Assembly: GCA_030431455.1 (NCBI GenBank)
Contig: JAUIJE010000003.1
Span: 264,360-328,359 of the forward strand
DNA from: a bacterium
GTDB lineage: Bacteria; Myxococcota; UBA727; JAUIJE01
DNA: 64,000 bases
Reading direction: 5' to 3'
Shown here: positions 17,947 through 26,952 of the stretch, piece after piece
Layout of the letters: each line of letters begins with the position of its first letter
Position numbering within the stretch: the stretch's first letter is position 1
Notes under the pieces: model-generated
Databases searched by the model: none
The model's input: only the letters and a program-made list of their open reading frames with translations
Told to the model about the DNA's origin: nothing
Position numbers and translations under genes: made by a program

Positions 17947-19770
17947 GTGGCGGTCAAACTGCAACACGTCGACGCGCAGTTCGCGCGGTTGGTCCGGGAG
18001 CGGGTGAAGGCCGCGGCCGGTGAGGACGGCCGGCTCGAGGGGACCGAAGCACGAACACTCGAGGGCGACATCCAAGCGGTGGCCGCCGAGCTGTCGACCG
18101 CGGGCGGCGAGGTCTCCGTCGACGACGTGGTGCAAGGGGTGCTCGACCGCGCCCGCCAGGCCTGGGAGAAGGTCAACGACCGGGGCGCGGCGTTTTTGGC
18201 CCAGCGCGAGATCGGCCAGCTGCCGAAGTTTGGCGGCCTGCACGCGTTGACCCTGCACGCGTACCGGGCGGCCCAAGAGAGCGTGTTTGTCCTCGACAAA
18301 GACCCGGTGTTCCAAAAATACATGTCCGCCGAGCGCTACACCCTCCGGGTCAAAGGCAGCGACGGCAAGGCGAAGGCGCGCGAGGTCCTGTCCATCGACG
18401 GGCCGGGACAGGGCCCCATGCGCGGTGACGTGGCGGTGTTCGCCGCCATCGCGCTCGCCCCCGACGGCCGGCCGCTGTCGGTGCTCAAAGCCGGCGACAC
18501 CCGGGCCGGCCGCGTGGCCCGCGGCGACGACTACGTGAAGGTCGGGTTCATCGCCGGGCGCATGGACAAGGCGGACAAGAGCCCGCTCGAGATCGCGATG
18601 GAAGAGGTCACCGAGGAGGTCGGGGGCACGGTGCTCAGCTGGGGCAAGCTCGGGGACACCCCGGTGCCGACCATGCCTGGCCGGGTGCCCGACGACGACG
18701 ACGGCGCGATGAGCGTGGGCTCGCGGGAGCGCGACCATGTGTTCGGCGCGGTGATCACCGTCGACCCCGACTACGTTCCCCGGGGGGACGGCGGCGGCCA
18801 TGAGGTGGCCGGTCTCATCCAGGCCCACATCAACACCGCGGAAGAGGCGATCGAAGAGATGGCCGCGGGCAAGATGTCCGACGGGGCCCGGGCCTGGAAC
18901 GCCCTGCGCCGCCAACTCGACAAGAGCGGCTACATCCCCGAATTGAGCATGTACGTCCAGGACATGCCCCCGGCCGTGCAGCAACATTTCGATACGCGGG
19001 GGCTCGGCCCCGCCCAGGACCCCCGGGCCCTGTTGGCGAACGCGCCCGCCCCCAAAAAGACCCCGCCCCCGTCCGCCCCCGCGGTGGTCGAGGCGGGCGC
19101 GGCGGAGATCGACGGGGTGCGGGCCGTATCCAGTTCCATTGTCGAGGTGGGGGCCGGGGCCCAAGTGGTCGACGGCACCTTCGAACACCTCGCGGGCCAC
19201 GGCCCCGCGGCCCGGCCGGTGGGCAAGCCCTACCCGTCCCAAGCGCTGGCGGTGCCCTTCGACGCGGCCAAGACCGTGGTGTTCTATCTCGACGCCGCGC
19301 GCGGGCCGATGGTGCGCTTCACCGACGCGGAGCGCGGCAACATGGGGGTGAAGGTGGCCGAGGACGGGGCCGCCGACGCGGCCTACCGCGCCAAAGACGT
19401 GAGCGAGTTCCGGGTGCCGGTGGGCGATGCCCAAGGCGAGGCCGCGCTCTCGGCCCAGGCCCGCCGGGCGGTGACCGCGGGGCTCGACGCCGTGGGCTGG
19501 TCCGGGGCGGCGGTCAAGACCCTGGGGGCGTCCACCGACGCGTCCGCGGGACAGACCGACATGCGGTTTCATTTTTTCAGCGCCGAAGTCGCGCCCCCGC
19601 CGGGGGGCGAGGGGTTTGTCCCGCTGACCGACGCGTTGACCCAGATTCGGGCCGCGGGCCAAGGGGACGCGGGGGCCGAAAATGCGCTCCTCCGGCTCGC
19701 CCGGGACCTCGGCTATGTGCCCACCCTGGGCATGTTTGTCGACGACGTGACCGCGCTGCTCACGCCCTGA
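17947..19770 (+). CDS. Hypothetical protein (607 aa), weak Nudix-like segment
   Basis: Non-repetitive ORF with normal codon composition. The central segment GFIAGRMDKADKSPLEIAMEEVTEEVGG loosely resembles a degenerate Nudix box; no confident family assignment. Confidence 0.5.
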   Translation: MAVKLQHVDAQFARLVRERVKAAAGEDGRLEGTEARTLEGDIQAVAAELSTAGGEVSVDDVVQGVLDRARQAWEKVNDRGAAFLAQREIGQLPKFGGLHALTLHAYRAAQESVFVLDKDPVFQKYMSAERYTLRVKGSDGKAKAREVLSIDGPGQGPMRGDVAVFAAIALAPDGRPLSVLKAGDTRAGRVARGDDYVKVGFIAGRMDKADKSPLEIAMEEVTEEVGGTVLSWGKLGDTPVPTMPGRVPDDDDGAMSVGSRERDHVFGAVITVDPDYVPRGDGGGHEVAGLIQAHINTAEEAIEEMAAGKMSDGARAWNALRRQLDKSGYIPELSMYVQDMPPAVQQHFDTRGLGPAQDPRALLANAPAPKKTPPPSAPAVVEAGAAEIDGVRAVSSSIVEVGAGAQVVDGTFEHLAGHGPAARPVGKPYPSQALAVPFDAAKTVVFYLDAARGPMVRFTDAERGNMGVKVAEDGAADAAYRAKDVSEFRVPVGDAQGEAALSAQARRAVTAGLDAVGWSGAAVKTLGASTDASAGQTDMRFHFFSAEVAPPPGGEGFVPLTDALTQIRAAGQGDAGAENALLRLARDLGYVPTLGMFVDDVTALLTP

Positions 19771-19793
19771 ACCCCCCGGGGGGCGGGCCGGGT

Positions 19794-21548
19794 TCAGGGA
19801 TGGGCGAGGTCGAGCACGCGGTCTGCGGGCACGTGGCGCACCGCCAACTGGCGCCCATCGGGAAACAGCGCCGCGACCCACTCCGCGCCGGTGTACGGAC
19901 CCAAACCGAAACGAACCGCGAGCGGGTTCTGTGAGCCGCGGCTGCTTCCCCCGCGAATGTCTCTGAACTGCACGACGTCGCCGGCCTTGACCACCACCCG
20001 GGCGGCCACCGCCCCGGTGCCTCCCAGTCCGGGCTCGTCGGTGATGCGCACCTCGAGCCAGTGGTTGGTCCCGATGTCTGTGACATTGCGAAACACGGTG
20101 ACGCGGGACCCGTCGGTGGTGGCCCGCACCACGTCGATGCGGCCATCGTGGTCGAGGTCGGCAAAGACCGCGGCCACGTTGTGGGCCGCCCCCGCGGCCG
20201 GGTTGTGCACCCACCGGCTCTCGGTGAACGTGGGGGGCGTGTCTTGGTTGTGGGTGTACAGCCGGTCGAGCCGGTTGTCCTCTTGGGCGACGAAGATGTC
20301 CGGCCACCCGTCGAGGTTGAAGTCCTCGAACCCCAAGCCCCAGCTGTAGTCCGCCAATGTCCCTGCCTGCTCGGAGATGTTGGTGAACACCCCGTCCGGC
20401 CCGCCGAGGTAGAGCGGGTTGTGCCCGATGTCAGCGACGTAGTAGTCGAGAAACCCGTCCCGGTTGATGTCGGCCGCGTCGATGCCCATGGGGTTGCCGA
20501 TGTTGTGCGCGTGCAGACCGGAGGCGGCGGACACGTCGGCAAAGGCGCCGCCGTGGTTGCGGAGCAGCACGCGGTTTTCGAAGCGGTCCCCGCGGTCGTT
20601 CCACACCATCAAGTCTTGGTCCCCGTCATTGTCGTAGTCCGTCCACAGGGCGGCGCAGGGATTCCCGGTCGGTGAGGGGCGAAAGCCGGTCGCCTCGGTG
20701 GCGTCGGTGAACGTGCCGTCCCCCTGGTTGCGCAACAAATAGCCTTTGCCGATCTGTTCGAGCGAGGAGTACGACGAGACCAGGTCGGCCCAGCCGTCGC
20801 CATCGATGTCCCCGAACGACACAATCTTGCTGGACGTCCCCGGCTGGTCGACCGCGGGCCCCCCCGCGCCCGCGTTTGCGGTGCCATTGTAGAACGTCCC
20901 GTCCCCGAGGTTCAGCAACAGGAGGTCCCGGGGCCGGGCCCCCACGTACACATCGATGTCCCCGTCGTGGTCCACGTCGGCGGCGGCGATGCTGTACCCG
21001 TCGAGCTGGGAAAAAATCGCGCTCAACCCCGCGGGGGCGGTGTGGTCGATGAACACCCCGCCGAGGTTGTGCCACAGCTTCGAGGGTGTCTCCCGTCCGT
21101 TGATCACGAACAGGTCATCCCAGCCGTCGTTGTCGATGTCCACCAACGCCAACCCCACTCCATGGGCATTGCCTTGGCTCACCGCGGTGCCAAGACCGAA
21201 CGCCGCCCCCGCCTCCTCCAGCCGCACCTCCCCCGCGGGCACCCGCTCGGCCGCCGGCACCGCTTGGGCCACAAACCCCAGGCTCGGCGCGCCCGCCAAC
21301 TCGATCGCGGCCCACAAAAACGGCGCCGCGAACGTGCCTGCGTCCCCCGCGTCGACGTCGACCCCGACCACCCCCGCGTCCGGCCCCGTGGTCCCGGGGC
21401 CTGCGTCCCCGCCCGGCGCGCGCGCCCCCCCGTCGGCCACCCCACCGCCGGCAACCGGACACGCCACCTGCGCCATCGCCAGCACCGCGAGCGAGCCGAG
21501 ACGACAAAGTTGGACAGGATGTGTTCTCGTCACCGTGCGCTCCTCCAC
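19794..21548 (-). CDS. CRTAC1-family protein with FG-GAP/VCBS repeats and a C-terminal ASPIC/UnbV domain; secreted or lipoprotein
   Basis: Repeated DxDxDGxxD motifs (DIDNDGWDDLFV, DVDHDGDIDVYV, DIDGDGWADLV, DYDNDGDQDLMV, DINRDGFLDYYV, DFNLDGWPDIFV, DLDHDGRIDVV) and a C-terminal GTGAVAARVVVKAGDVVQFRDIRGGSSRGSQNPLAVRFGLG resembling the ASPIC/UnbV signature. Confidence 0.75.
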   Translation of the reverse strand: MEERTVTRTHPVQLCRLGSLAVLAMAQVACPVAGGGVADGGARAPGGDAGPGTTGPDAGVVGVDVDAGDAGTFAAPFLWAAIELAGAPSLGFVAQAVPAAERVPAGEVRLEEAGAAFGLGTAVSQGNAHGVGLALVDIDNDGWDDLFVINGRETPSKLWHNLGGVFIDHTAPAGLSAIFSQLDGYSIAAADVDHDGDIDVYVGARPRDLLLLNLGDGTFYNGTANAGAGGPAVDQPGTSSKIVSFGDIDGDGWADLVSSYSSLEQIGKGYLLRNQGDGTFTDATEATGFRPSPTGNPCAALWTDYDNDGDQDLMVWNDRGDRFENRVLLRNHGGAFADVSAASGLHAHNIGNPMGIDAADINRDGFLDYYVADIGHNPLYLGGPDGVFTNISEQAGTLADYSWGLGFEDFNLDGWPDIFVAQEDNRLDRLYTHNQDTPPTFTESRWVHNPAAGAAHNVAAVFADLDHDGRIDVVRATTDGSRVTVFRNVTDIGTNHWLEVRITDEPGLGGTGAVAARVVVKAGDVVQFRDIRGGSSRGSQNPLAVRFGLGPYTGAEWVAALFPDGRQLAVRHVPADRVLDLAHP

Positions 21549-21604
21549 GAGTGTACCGGCCCGCCCCCCTCGACAACCAGCGCCCCCGGTGAAACCCCTG
21601 CGCC

Positions 21605-22432
21605 ATGCTTGCCGTGCTGTCCCCCGCCAAATCGCTCGATCTGTCCCCCGCTCCTGTCCGGGTGCCGACCACCCAGCCGCCGCTGCTCGATCACGCCGCG
21701 TCGCTGATGAAGACCACGCGCAACCTGACCCAGACCAAGATCCGCGAACTGATGAACCTGAGCGAAGAGTTGGCCAGGCTCAACCACGAGCGCTACCGGT
21801 CCTTCAGCTTGCCGTTCACCGACGACAACGCCTACCCCGCGGCGGTCACCTTCAACGGCGAGGTCTACCGCGGCCTGGACGCCCGCACGTTGGGAAAGCA
21901 GGACCTGGCGTGGGCCCAAGACCACCTCGCGATCCTGTCGGGCCTGTACGGGTTGCTTCGCCCCAACGATCTGATGCAGCCCTACCGTTTGGAGATGGGC
22001 ACCAAGCTCGCCACCCGCCGGGGCAAGAACCTCTACGCGTTTTGGGGCACCACCATCACCGAGGCCCTCAACGCCATGCTCGACGACCACGATGCCAAGG
22101 TGTTGGTCAACCTCGCCAGCAACGAGTATTTCAAGTCGGTCAAGACAAAGTCATTGCAGGGCGAGGTCGTCACCTGCGTGTTCGAAGACTGGAAGACCCA
22201 CAAGGACGAGGGCAAGGTCATCAGCTTCATGGCCAAACACGCCCGGGGCCTGATGGCGCGCTACATCATCCAGCAGCGCGTGGATCGGCCGGAGGGCCTG
22301 CGGGACTTCAACCTCGAGCGCTACACCTTCCGGAAAGACCGGTCCCAACCAGGGACATTGGTGTTCTCCCGCAAGTTCGTGCCCGTGGCCCAGAAAAAAG
22401 CCGCGGCCAAGAAGAGCCGGGCCAAGGCCTAG
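21605..22432 (+). CDS. yaaA: Peroxide stress protein YaaA (UPF0246/DUF328)
   Basis: The N-terminus MLAVLSPAKSLDL matches the conserved YaaA start (MLxxxSPAKxLD), with the typical ~260-aa length and a Lys-rich C-terminal tail. Confidence 0.8.
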   Translation: MLAVLSPAKSLDLSPAPVRVPTTQPPLLDHAASLMKTTRNLTQTKIRELMNLSEELARLNHERYRSFSLPFTDDNAYPAAVTFNGEVYRGLDARTLGKQDLAWAQDHLAILSGLYGLLRPNDLMQPYRLEMGTKLATRRGKNLYAFWGTTITEALNAMLDDHDAKVLVNLASNEYFKSVKTKSLQGEVVTCVFEDWKTHKDEGKVISFMAKHARGLMARYIIQQRVDRPEGLRDFNLERYTFRKDRSQPGTLVFSRKFVPVAQKKAAAKKSRAKA

Positions 22433-22533
22433 CTCCAGCGAAGAGGCGCCCGCTCGGGGGCTCGTCGTGACCTGCGAGCGCCGCGTGCTTGGCTTGAGAG
22501 GCGCGGGATGCGCTCTGGCCCAGCCGCCGCCGG

Positions 22534-23181
22534 CTAGGCCGCCATGGCCTCGTCGAAGCGGGCGTCGAACGCCTGGAGCTCCGCCTGCACATCCCGCCGG
22601 GCCAGCGCCGCCTCGACCTGTTCGGCCTCGGCCTTTTTGCCCCGCAGACCAGACAAGGCGGCGGTGAGCACCCGCCAGTTGGTGCCCTTGAACGCGGCGT
22701 CGAACGCCTGGCGCACCCGCTTGGCCTCCGCGGTCAGGGCCTTGCCTTCGCGGGAGGCAAAGCCACCCGCGGCGAGGTGTCGCGAGAGCATGCGCGCCAA
22801 CAGATAGGTCTCCAGCGCGTCGGTGGGCACGCCGCGCACCGCGCCGAGGATGCGCACGACCTTCCGCACCGGGAAGAGCAGGAGTTTCCACGGGATGCCG
22901 AGCAAGAACCCAATGATACTGCCCGTATCGTACAAGGGCTTGAGGTGCTGAACCGACACGTCGTGTTGCGCGGCTTTGATCGTTTGGGACAAGGCGGTGC
23001 GGTTGGCCCGGTCCTTCACGATGTCGTCGAGGAACGGCACCGGCACGAAGCGCGCCCCCGCCGCCACCGCGGACAGGGCGAACACCTCCCGGGGCACGGC
23101 CACGGTGGCGGACGAAGAGGCGGCGGGCAAGGTGGGCTGGTCGGTCATGTCCGCATCATAGGCAGGCCCGAGCCTGGTCAA
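22534..23181 (-). CDS. Hypothetical protein
   Basis: 215-aa ORF with normal composition, convergent with yaaA. No recognisable motif, and the start is uncertain (an alternative is MTDQPTL). Confidence 0.4.
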   Translation of the reverse strand: MTRLGPAYDADMTDQPTLPAASSSATVAVPREVFALSAVAAGARFVPVPFLDDIVKDRANRTALSQTIKAAQHDVSVQHLKPLYDTGSIIGFLLGIPWKLLLFPVRKVVRILGAVRGVPTDALETYLLARMLSRHLAAGGFASREGKALTAEAKRVRQAFDAAFKGTNWRVLTAALSGLRGKKAEAEQVEAALARRDVQAELQAFDARFDEAMAA

Positions 23182-23273
23182 CCGGGGGCGAGACCGCGCT
23201 CACACCGCGCGTTGCCGCCGCCGGCGCCGCGTGACACGGTGTCATCGGGGACACCACCGCCCACGGGGGCGAC

Positions 23274-24131
23274 ATGCGCATCGGCATCGGGATTTTGTTG
23301 GTTCTGGTCACGGCCTGCGGCCGGACCGAGGTCGACGACCAATCGACCTCCCGCTGCGAGACCGACGACGACGGCGCGGTGGAATGTGCCTACCTCTCGC
23401 GCAACGTGTGGACCGGCCTCGGCGACCTGCACCCGCGGGAAGTGCACCACCAGGTCCCGGTGGGCACGCCCCCCGAGGAAGGGTTCCCGGTGGTGATCGC
23501 GTTTTCCGGCTCGGGCGCGTCGGGCTCACTGTCGTTCGCGGGGTGGCCGGGCATGCCCTTCGGGGGGCTGCACCAAGCGGAGATGGTGCGCGACCTCCTC
23601 GACGCCGGCTTCGCGGTGCTGTGCCCCGAGTCGCACCTCAACGGCGCCACCTACTGGGACAGCAACATTTACGGGTACTCGAGTGTGTGGGAACTGAGCG
23701 AGGACCGACAGTTCGTAGACGACATCCTCGACGAAATCGATGCAGGCTCATTTGGCCCGCTCAACCCTCAGGAGGTCTTCGCCACCGGCATCTCCAGCGG
23801 CGGGTACATGACCTCGCGCTTGGCCGTGACCCGGCCCGACAAGTTCGCCGCGGTGGCCATCGCCAGCGCGTCCTATGCCTGGTGCTACTCGGCGGTGTGT
23901 TGGGTGCCGGAGATCGAGGCCGACCACCCCCCCACCATGTTCCTGCATGGGGAGCGCGACCTGGTGGTGCCGGTCTCGAGCATGCTGCCCTACGCGGACG
24001 CCCTGGACGATGCCGGGGTCGAGGTCGAGGTCGTCATCGACCCCGAGGCGGCCCACGGCTGGATTCCCGCGTCCGGGCCCGAAGTGGTGGGCTGGTTTTC
24101 GCGGTTTGCCCACGCAAAAGCCGAGCCCTGA
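23274..24131 (+). CDS. Alpha/beta-hydrolase esterase lipoprotein (esterase/PHB-depolymerase-like)
   Basis: Lipobox (LVLVTACG) and a GISSGG nucleophile elbow (GxSxG). The C-terminal MFLHGERDLVVP...EAAHGW supplies the acid and His of the triad. Confidence 0.7.
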   Translation: MRIGIGILLVLVTACGRTEVDDQSTSRCETDDDGAVECAYLSRNVWTGLGDLHPREVHHQVPVGTPPEEGFPVVIAFSGSGASGSLSFAGWPGMPFGGLHQAEMVRDLLDAGFAVLCPESHLNGATYWDSNIYGYSSVWELSEDRQFVDDILDEIDAGSFGPLNPQEVFATGISSGGYMTSRLAVTRPDKFAAVAIASASYAWCYSAVCWVPEIEADHPPTMFLHGERDLVVPVSSMLPYADALDDAGVEVEVVIDPEAAHGWIPASGPEVVGWFSRFAHAKAEP

Positions 24132-24138
24132 GGCTCGG
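24121..24138. terminator. Hairpin CCGAGCC-CTGA-GGCTCGG between convergent genes, a possible bidirectional terminator
   Basis: Perfect 7-bp inverted repeat whose loop contains the esterase stop codon. It lies ~55 nt downstream of the rpmB stop, with a short U-stretch on the minus-strand transcript. Confidence 0.3.
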
Positions 24139-24193
24139 CTGCCACCATCGTGATCGCTTCCGGGGGGCGCTGCCCGGCCCGGACGGCGGACGG

Positions 24194-24409
24194 CTACTTG
24201 GCTTGGTCGCGCAGGAACTGGCTGAGCGACTTCTTGTTGAGCGTGCGCAGGTCGGACGTGGAGATGCGAACCCGCACCCAGCGGCCGGTCTCGACGTCAA
24301 AGATGCGCTTGGTCTGCAGGTTGACGTTCCAGCGCTTCTTGGTCTTGATGTTGGAGTGCGAGACCTGGTGGCCGTTCATCCAGCGCTTGTTGGAAATCTT
24401 CTTCGGCAT
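24194..24409 (-). CDS. rpmB: 50S ribosomal protein L28
   Basis: The C-terminal 71 aa of the track ORF (MPKKISNKRWMNGHQVSHSNIKTKKRWNVNLQTKRIFDVETGRWVRVRISTSDLRTLNKK...) match the L28 pattern (SH.N.KTKRRF.PNLQ...RWV.LRVST..LRT). The upstream in-frame extension is junk-like. Confidence 0.85.
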   Translation of the reverse strand: MPKKISNKRWMNGHQVSHSNIKTKKRWNVNLQTKRIFDVETGRWVRVRISTSDLRTLNKKSLSQFLRDQAK

Positions 24410-24684
24410 GATGTGTTCCTTGAACCGATCTATGTAGGTCGATGTAGCTAGCAGGTGATTTCGTGGTTGGCGAGACCGTTGGGTCAAAACCAACGAATTC
24501 CCGCCCGCGGGCCCGCGCCCGGCCACGCCCGCGCGGCGCCTTGATCGCTTGATTTTCGCTTTCTTTTCAAGAGCTTGGCGTGCGGCGCCGCAACTCGAGG
24601 CCGCGGGGCCCGGATCCAGAGAAGCAAGACGTCGCGCCGCCAGAATGGCCGCCCAGGAGGCGGCACGAGAAAGGCTTGCCCTTC

Positions 24685-24705
24685 GGGGGCGGGGGTGGGG
24701 GTGGG
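24685..24705 (+). other. G-quadruplex-forming motif G5-C-G5-T-G5-T-G3 overlapping a 7-bp inverted repeat (GTGGGTG-CGCC-CACCCAC, 24701-24718)
   Basis: Four consecutive G-runs with 1-nt loops, seen directly in the sequence, in the long divergent intergenic region between rpmB and the DM13-like gene. Confidence 0.4.
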
Positions 24706-24730
24706 TGCGCCCACCCACTGAGGGCGGGCC

Positions 24731-24806
24731 TGCGATCATATTTCGCCCCGGCCCCACGAGGCCCGGCCCGTGATCGGTTTCGCCCCGGGCCCCACGAGGG
24801 GCGGCC
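24731..24806. repeat. Two full imperfect tandem copies (plus a partial third) of a ~38-bp unit: tgatc(a/g)..tttcgccccgg(g)ccccacgagg(c/g)(c/g)cggcc
   Basis: tgcgatcatatttcgccccggccccacgaggcccggcc is followed by cgtgatcggtttcgccccgggccccacgaggggcggcc and then tctgatccgctcggcc. The array is intergenic, ~320 nt upstream of rpmB and ~210 nt upstream of the divergent gene. Confidence 0.5.
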
Positions 24807-25015
24807 TCTGATCCGCTCGGCCCGCGGCCGGCGCGCGGCGTGGCCCCGCCGCGCGCGTCGCGCCATGTCATGTCACTGCACGTCGCGGGCCCGGCCGGCC
24901 GATGCAACAGGCCAAACGAATCCGGGCAACGATTCTTGACCGGGGTCACCGTCCGGGATCGGACCGGTTACGCAAATCCCGCCGGCCTCGTTGTACGGGC
25001 AAGGAGGACTTGAAC

Positions 25016-25444
25016 ATGATGCGTGCACTCATTCTCTCGGCGTTGGTGGTGGTGGTTTCGGCGTGTGGCATGCCGGTGGAGGACATCGACCAGGACTCGT
25101 TGCAGACCGAGTGCGGGTCGGACCACCCGCTGGTGGGTAGCTCGGGGAGCTTCGAGACCCACTTTCACGGCGTGGCCGGGACCGTGACCGCGGTGGACGA
25201 CTGCACGATCCAGATTGAGAACTTCACCTACGACGGCACCGGGCTGGATGTGCGCATCATCGGCAGCCCCGACCAAGACTGGAACAATGGAATTGCGCTC
25301 ACAAATGACCTGCGGCAGTCGGGGGGCTACGACAAGGAATCCCTGACCTTGTCCCTTCCCGAAGGCGTCACCCTGGATGATGTGCAAACGCTGTCGGTGT
25401 GGTGTGTCACCGTCAGCGAAAACTTCGGCGACGCCGCGCTCTGA
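25016..25444 (+). CDS. Small lipoprotein, DM13-like domain
   Basis: MMRALILSALVVVVSACGMP has a lipobox. HGVAGTVTAVDDCTIQIENFTYDGTGLDVRIIGSPD matches my recollection of the DM13 pattern (H.VSG.a.i.d..ti.i.nF.ydG.GPDv). The start is 38 codons into the track ORF. Confidence 0.5.
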   Translation: MMRALILSALVVVVSACGMPVEDIDQDSLQTECGSDHPLVGSSGSFETHFHGVAGTVTAVDDCTIQIENFTYDGTGLDVRIIGSPDQDWNNGIALTNDLRQSGGYDKESLTLSLPEGVTLDDVQTLSVWCVTVSENFGDAAL

Positions 25445-25491
25445 CCCACCCGGGTGCGCGGGTCCCTTCCCCCCGCGCACCCGGGCGCCGG

Positions 25492-26313
25492 TCACCGCGC
25501 CAACCGCGCCTGGACCTCGTCGACCACCGCGGGCATATCGCGCCCCATGGTCTCGACCACCACGTCGGCCAAACCGTACAAGGGCGCGCGCCGCCAATAG
25601 AGCTGCTCGAGCTCTTCCCGGGCTTCGCTGCGGCCGTCCATCGGGCGCTCGTCGCCTTGGGCCACGACCCGGTCCCAATGTGCCTGGGGCGGCGCCTTGA
25701 GCCACACCGTCTGGGTCCGCCCCCGCAACAGGGCCAAGGCGTCATCGTCGGTGACAATCCCGCCCGACACCGCCACCACCACCCGCGGGTCTTCGTCGAG
25801 CAGGGCCCGGAGCACCGACCGCTCCAGCTCGCGGTAGTGGACCTCGCCGTGTATCTCGAAGATCGAACTCAACCGCATGCCCGCTTGCTCCTCGACCAGC
25901 CGGTCGAGCTCCACGAACCGGCGGCCCAGCGCCGACGCCAGCGCCGGCCCCACGGTGGACTTCCCCGCCCCCCGCAAGCCCAGCAACACCACCGCGCGCT
26001 CCTGCGCTTGGCGCAACGGGGCGAGCACCGGCTCGGCCTCGGGACGGCTCAGACCGCAGAACCTCTCCAATGCTTCTGCATCACCAGCCTCGGCCCACGG
26101 CAACAGCAGCGCCAACAACGGCACGGCGAGACCGTCGGCGAGCTCCTGCAGCGACCCCAGCGAGGGGTTGGCCCGGCCCTTCTCCACCTCGGTGACAAAA
26201 CGCGCCGAGAGCTGGGCCCGCTCGGCCAATGCCTTCTGGCTCAGGCCGCGGGCCACGCGCAGGCGTTGCACCTGCTGCCCAAGCCTGGCCTTGCGTGCGT
26301 CGGGGTCCGCCAC
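25492..26313 (-). CDS. aroK: XRE-family HTH domain fused to shikimate kinase
   Basis: N-terminal LGQQVQRLRVARGLSQKALAERAQLSARFVTEVEKGRANPSLGSLQELADGL is an XRE/Cro-type HTH. Then the P-loop LLGLRGAGKSTVG and the RRFVELDRLVEEQAGMRLSSIFEIHGEVHYRELERSVL shikimate-kinase core. Confidence 0.8.
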   Translation of the reverse strand: MADPDARKARLGQQVQRLRVARGLSQKALAERAQLSARFVTEVEKGRANPSLGSLQELADGLAVPLLALLLPWAEAGDAEALERFCGLSRPEAEPVLAPLRQAQERAVVLLGLRGAGKSTVGPALASALGRRFVELDRLVEEQAGMRLSSIFEIHGEVHYRELERSVLRALLDEDPRVVVAVSGGIVTDDDALALLRGRTQTVWLKAPPQAHWDRVVAQGDERPMDGRSEAREELEQLYWRRAPLYGLADVVVETMGRDMPAVVDEVQARLAR

Positions 26314-26320
26314 GTCTCGC

Positions 26321-26887
26321 CTACTCGGCGGCGTCTCCGGCGGCTTTGATCTTGGCCTGCGCCTGGTCGTAGCCGTCCTCGTCGACGCGTTTCATGAAGT
26401 TGAGCTCGTCCTCGTAGTCGCGGGTGGCTTTGACCTTCCCGTCGCGCACCAGCGAGGTGGTCATGACCATGCGCGCGCCGTTGTCACGATCCCAACAGGC
26501 GAAGCGTTTGGCGGTGCCGTCCTCGGGGGCGGTGTTGACCACCGCGGTGGGCGGTCCTTGGGGGGGCAAGGCCTCGGTCTCGAGGTCTGACGAGCCAGTC
26601 CCGAACGAAAAGCTCCCCGAGGTCTCGCTCGAGGTGCTGCTGCTGCCCCCGAGATGGAACGAGAACAGGCCGCTGTCGTCGTCCTTTTCCGACGGCAGCT
26701 CAAAACCCTCGTCGCGGTAGTACCCGGCCGCCTCCTGGGCCAGCTCGGCACACGAGTAGGTGTACTCCTTTTTGGACAAGAGCGCTTTGCGGGTGTCGAT
26801 CATCGCCTGCTCTTTGGCCGACACGCAGCCGACCAACGGCGACAGCGACAGCGACAACAACAGCGCGAGGGGGGGCTTGACGGTCAT
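26321..26887 (-). CDS. Hypothetical lipoprotein
   Basis: Start at MTVKPPLALLLSLSLSPLVGCVS (lipobox LVGC), about 188 aa, Ser/Gly-rich middle. The track ORF's N-terminal 42 aa are Arg-rich junk and were excluded. Confidence 0.5.
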   Translation of the reverse strand: MTVKPPLALLLSLSLSPLVGCVSAKEQAMIDTRKALLSKKEYTYSCAELAQEAAGYYRDEGFELPSEKDDDSGLFSFHLGGSSSTSSETSGSFSFGTGSSDLETEALPPQGPPTAVVNTAPEDGTAKRFACWDRDNGARMVMTTSLVRDGKVKATRDYEDELNFMKRVDEDGYDQAQAKIKAAGDAAE

Positions 26888-26952
26888 GCGGCGTCCTCCA
26901 GACTCATCGGGTAGGTCATCTGACGCCAAAAAACAAAGCGAGTTCCCTCGAA

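Noticed and set aside
16975-20307. 1110-aa minus-strand ORF spanning two plus-strand genes
   Set aside because: The composition (RPRGQPARPAVHPQPRHAPH...) is characteristic of antisense reading of high-GC coding DNA. The plus-strand ORFs have a signal peptide and normal composition.
20956-22470. 504-aa plus-strand ORF overlapping the CRTAC1-like gene and yaaA
   Set aside because: It is out of frame with the clear YaaA N-terminus (MLAVLSPAKSLDL) and antisense to the FG-GAP/ASPIC gene, with a Pro/Arg/Ala-rich product.
22432-22534. Possible terminator hairpin after yaaA (gcccgctcgggggc)
   Set aside because: The stem is only 4 bp with a mismatch and has no U-tract, so it is not convincing as an intrinsic terminator.
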